Of a stretch of DNA of 64,000 bases, positions 61,122 through 64,000 are shown piece after piece. Made by a program: the position numbers and the translations under genes. The notes under the pieces are model-generated. The model had not been told where the DNA came from and did no database searches. It saw nothing but the letters and a program-made list of their open reading frames with translations. Each line of letters opens with the position of its first letter. Position 1 is the stretch's first letter. This DNA is from Patescibacteria group bacterium (GTDB lineage Bacteria; Patescibacteriota; Gracilibacteria; UBA4473): assembly GCA_965660445.1 (NCBI GenBank), contig CBFIAK010000001.1, positions 704,001 to 768,000 of the forward strand. The letters are read 5' to 3'.

Positions 61122-63716
61122 ATGCTTCAAAACATATGGAACACCGTCTTTGGGAGTTACAACGAACGACAAATAAAGAAAATCGAGCCAATTATTCATA
61201 TCATCAAACAATACGAAAAGGATTACGACAAACTCTCAGACAGTCAATTAAAAGACCTTTTTGCTCAATGGAAAAAAGAGTTATCACAAGACCCTCAAAA
61301 AAGAGATCTCTATACTGAAAAAGTTTTTGCAGGAATCAAATGCGCCTGCAAAAGGCTTATTGGTTCATCTTTTCCTGTTCGTGGAAAAGACCAAGCATGG
61401 GACATGGTCCCCTATGACGTACAACTCATTGGAGGGCTTATTCTTCATCAAGGAAAAATCGCTGAAATGAAAACAGGAGAAGGAAAAACACTTGTTTGTA
61501 CGCTCCCTGTTATTCTTAATGCTTTAACCGGAAAAGGGGTTCATGTGGTGACCGTGAATGATTACCTCGCACAACGAGACGCTGAATGGATGCGTCCTTT
61601 ATACGAATTTTGTGGATTACAAGTGGGAGTTGTTGTTGGTGGTACTGACAATACCGAACGGAAAGAAGCGTATCAGCACGATATCACTTATGGAACCAAT
61701 AACGAGTTTGGGTTTGATTATCTTCGAGATAATATGGCACAAGACCCAAATGATCTCGTGCAACGCAATTTGCATTTTGCAATTGTGGATGAGGTTGATT
61801 CAATTTTAATTGATGAATCAAGAACACCGCTTATTATTTCAGCTCCTGCAGAAGAATCCACTGATAAATACGTTCGATATGCACAAGTTATTCCAATTCT
61901 TAAAGAAAACGAAGACTACAACATTGATGCAAAACAAAAAGTAGCAACGTTATCTGAAGCTGGAATCTCAAAACTCGAAAAAGAATTAAAAATCGATAAC
62001 ATTTTCACTGATAAAGGATTTGATGAGGTTCATCACATAGAAAACGCATTACGAGCAAAAGTCATCTTTGAACGAGACCGAGATTATGTAGTGCAAAATG
62101 GACAAGTAATCATTGTCGACGAATTCACCGGTCGTCTTATGCCAGGACGACGGTTTTCTGACGGACTTCATCAGGCATTAGAAGCGAAAGAAAATGTCAC
62201 TATACAACGAGAATCAAAAACCCTCGCCACTATCACGTTTCAAAACTACTTTAGGCTCTATGAAAAACTTTCAGGAATGACAGGAACCGCTGAAACTGAA
62301 GCCGAAGAGTTTGGGAAAATATACAAACTCGACACACTCGTTATTCCAACAAATAAACCCATCCAGAGACAAGACCTTCCTGATCAGATATTTAAAAATG
62401 AAGGAGGAAAATACAAAGCACTGGTGAAAGCCGTAAAAGAGTTTTACGAAAAAGGACAGCCTGTTCTTATTGGAACCGTGAACATTGACCAATCAGAACT
62501 TATTTCTCATTTACTTCAAAAAGAAGGACTCCCTCATGAAGTCTTAAATGCAAAGCATCACGAAAGAGAAGCTGAAATCGTTGCTAAAGCTGGACAAAAA
62601 GGTTCTATTACTATTGCGACGAATATGGCAGGACGAGGAACTGATATTAAAATAAACCAAGAAGTAAAAGACTTAGGAGGACTCGTAATTTTAGGAACAG
62701 AACGACATGAGTCTCGACGAATCGATAATCAGCTCCGAGGACGAGCTGGTCGACAAGGAGATCCAGGGATAACTCAATTTTATATATCAATGCGAGACAA
62801 CCTCATGCGTCGGTTTGGAGGAGAACGAATGTCTGTTATTATGGACCGATTACAGATTCCTGATGATGAACCCATACAAAACAACATGATTTCTCGATCT
62901 GTTGAAAACGCACAAAAAAAGATAGAAGGGTTTCATTTTGATGCTCGAAAACACTTGGTGCAATACGATGATGTTATGAATATTCATCGAGAAAAAATAT
63001 ATACTCGACGAAGAGAAATTTTATTTCACGACGATATTGAAGAAACGATACATCAGGTTATCAAGAATACTGTTGAACGAATTGTTTCCATACACGCACC
63101 TACACCAGAAATAAGTGAGTTATGGAATCAGGAGGAAATCAAAGAAAGCATCATCAATATTCATAATAATGAAGAAAAAGATTTCAGCGAAAACCTTATC
63201 CAGTCTCACACCTACGCTCAAGACCTACAAGAAGCATTAACACAATATCTTCTCAAAAGCTGGGAAACAAAAAAAAGTGATGCCGACCAAGAATGGAGCC
63301 TGAAAGTAGCAAAGTATGTCACACTGAGAACCATTGATGAAATATGGCTTAATCATATCAATGAAATGACTCATTTGCGTGACAGAGTGGCACTTTCTGG
63401 GTATGCACAAAAAGATCCCGTCATGGAATACAAACGACAAGCATTTGAAATGTTTAAAACCATGATGGAAGAAATTAATACACGAGTGACACACAATTTG
63501 TTTCGAATCGAGTTTCAAAAACGCATTACACTCACAAAAGCTGATTACTCGAAAGCGAATACAAACACGCAAGAAATCATATCAACACTTCAAAGTCAAA
63601 GTCAAAAAAACACAATTTCATCACTTCAGAAATCAAACCAAACACAAAACAGAGGAACATCACCAGAACCTCAAATTCCCCGTCGACTTCGGAGAAAAAT
63701 AGATCGTAAGAAATAA
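61122..63716 (+). CDS. secA: Preprotein translocase ATPase SecA
   Basis: MKTGEGKT, VTVNDYLA, DEVDSILIDE, ATNMAGRGTDI, QLRGRAGRQGDPG; no C-terminal Zn-finger. Confidence 0.97.
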   Translation: MLQNIWNTVFGSYNERQIKKIEPIIHIIKQYEKDYDKLSDSQLKDLFAQWKKELSQDPQKRDLYTEKVFAGIKCACKRLIGSSFPVRGKDQAWDMVPYDVQLIGGLILHQGKIAEMKTGEGKTLVCTLPVILNALTGKGVHVVTVNDYLAQRDAEWMRPLYEFCGLQVGVVVGGTDNTERKEAYQHDITYGTNNEFGFDYLRDNMAQDPNDLVQRNLHFAIVDEVDSILIDESRTPLIISAPAEESTDKYVRYAQVIPILKENEDYNIDAKQKVATLSEAGISKLEKELKIDNIFTDKGFDEVHHIENALRAKVIFERDRDYVVQNGQVIIVDEFTGRLMPGRRFSDGLHQALEAKENVTIQRESKTLATITFQNYFRLYEKLSGMTGTAETEAEEFGKIYKLDTLVIPTNKPIQRQDLPDQIFKNEGGKYKALVKAVKEFYEKGQPVLIGTVNIDQSELISHLLQKEGLPHEVLNAKHHEREAEIVAKAGQKGSITIATNMAGRGTDIKINQEVKDLGGLVILGTERHESRRIDNQLRGRAGRQGDPGITQFYISMRDNLMRRFGGERMSVIMDRLQIPDDEPIQNNMISRSVENAQKKIEGFHFDARKHLVQYDDVMNIHREKIYTRRREILFHDDIEETIHQVIKNTVERIVSIHAPTPEISELWNQEEIKESIINIHNNEEKDFSENLIQSHTYAQDLQEALTQYLLKSWETKKSDADQEWSLKVAKYVTLRTIDEIWLNHINEMTHLRDRVALSGYAQKDPVMEYKRQAFEMFKTMMEEINTRVTHNLFRIEFQKRITLTKADYSKANTNTQEIISTLQSQSQKNTISSLQKSNQTQNRGTSPEPQIPRRLRRKIDRKK

Positions 63717-63753
63717 AAAAAGAGGATATGGGAATTCCCATATCCTCTTTTTT
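63715..63753. terminator. Bidirectional palindromic terminator
   Basis: aaaaaagaggatatgggaattcccatatcctctttttt. Confidence 0.85.
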
Positions 63754-63759
63754 ATTGTT

Positions 63760-64000
63760 TTATTGTAATGATATATCCGTACCTCCTAAAGGAAAGAATC
63801 CTATTTTTTTCTCCGTATTGGCATCAATCCAATCCGGACGATACAATACTAACCTTGAGAACGCATTTGGTGTTGGTGTTGAACCAAGATCGGCTTTCAG
63901 TACAAACGGACGAGAACTCGACGTAATAGTAATAGACCGATTGAATGGTATATAAATAATATCCCCTTCAACACTTATTTTTTCAGACACTGTTTCGTCA
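63760..64000 (-). CDS. 3' end of hypothetical protein (start outside window)
   Basis: Frame open to window edge; converges on the secA terminator. Confidence 0.6.
   Translation of the reverse strand, partial: DETVSEKISVEGDIIYIPFNRSITITSSSRPFVLKADLGSTPTPNAFSRLVLYRPDWIDANTEKKIGFFPLGGTDISLQ

Overview
AT-rich bacterial chromosome segment with the hallmarks of a reduced Patescibacteria (CPR) genome. The lineage is probably Peregrinibacteria/Gracilibacteria-like (inference). TGA is used as a stop, so the code is standard 11, not 25. Most of the window is shuffled housekeeping genes: secD (partial), ligA, rpsF-rpsR, truB, a membrane PPase, pgk, gatB, rnhA, proS, trxA, glyS, rpsB-tsf, iscS-like, clpP, V-ATPase D, sufCBD, secE-nusG-rplK-rplA, ftsW-murG, type IV pilus genes, dnaE and secA, plus tRNA-Ile, tRNA-Val and tRNA-Ser. 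The main observation is two gene-expression regimes. Core genes have no Shine-Dalgarno sequence, and many look leaderless. About nine dispersed, mostly orphan genes are built as self-contained units: promoter, a boxA-like GTTCTTTTACA motif (clear in four units, weaker in three), often a hairpin leader, a strong AAGGAG SD, the ORF and an intrinsic terminator. Other oddities are degenerate partial copies flanking tRNA-Val, a shared tRNA-downstream element carrying an antisense T-arm copy, SecD with an inserted parvulin domain, and a membrane PPase with altered catalytic motifs. No CRISPR array, integrase or transposase was seen. All calls come from reading motifs by eye; no database searches were run.
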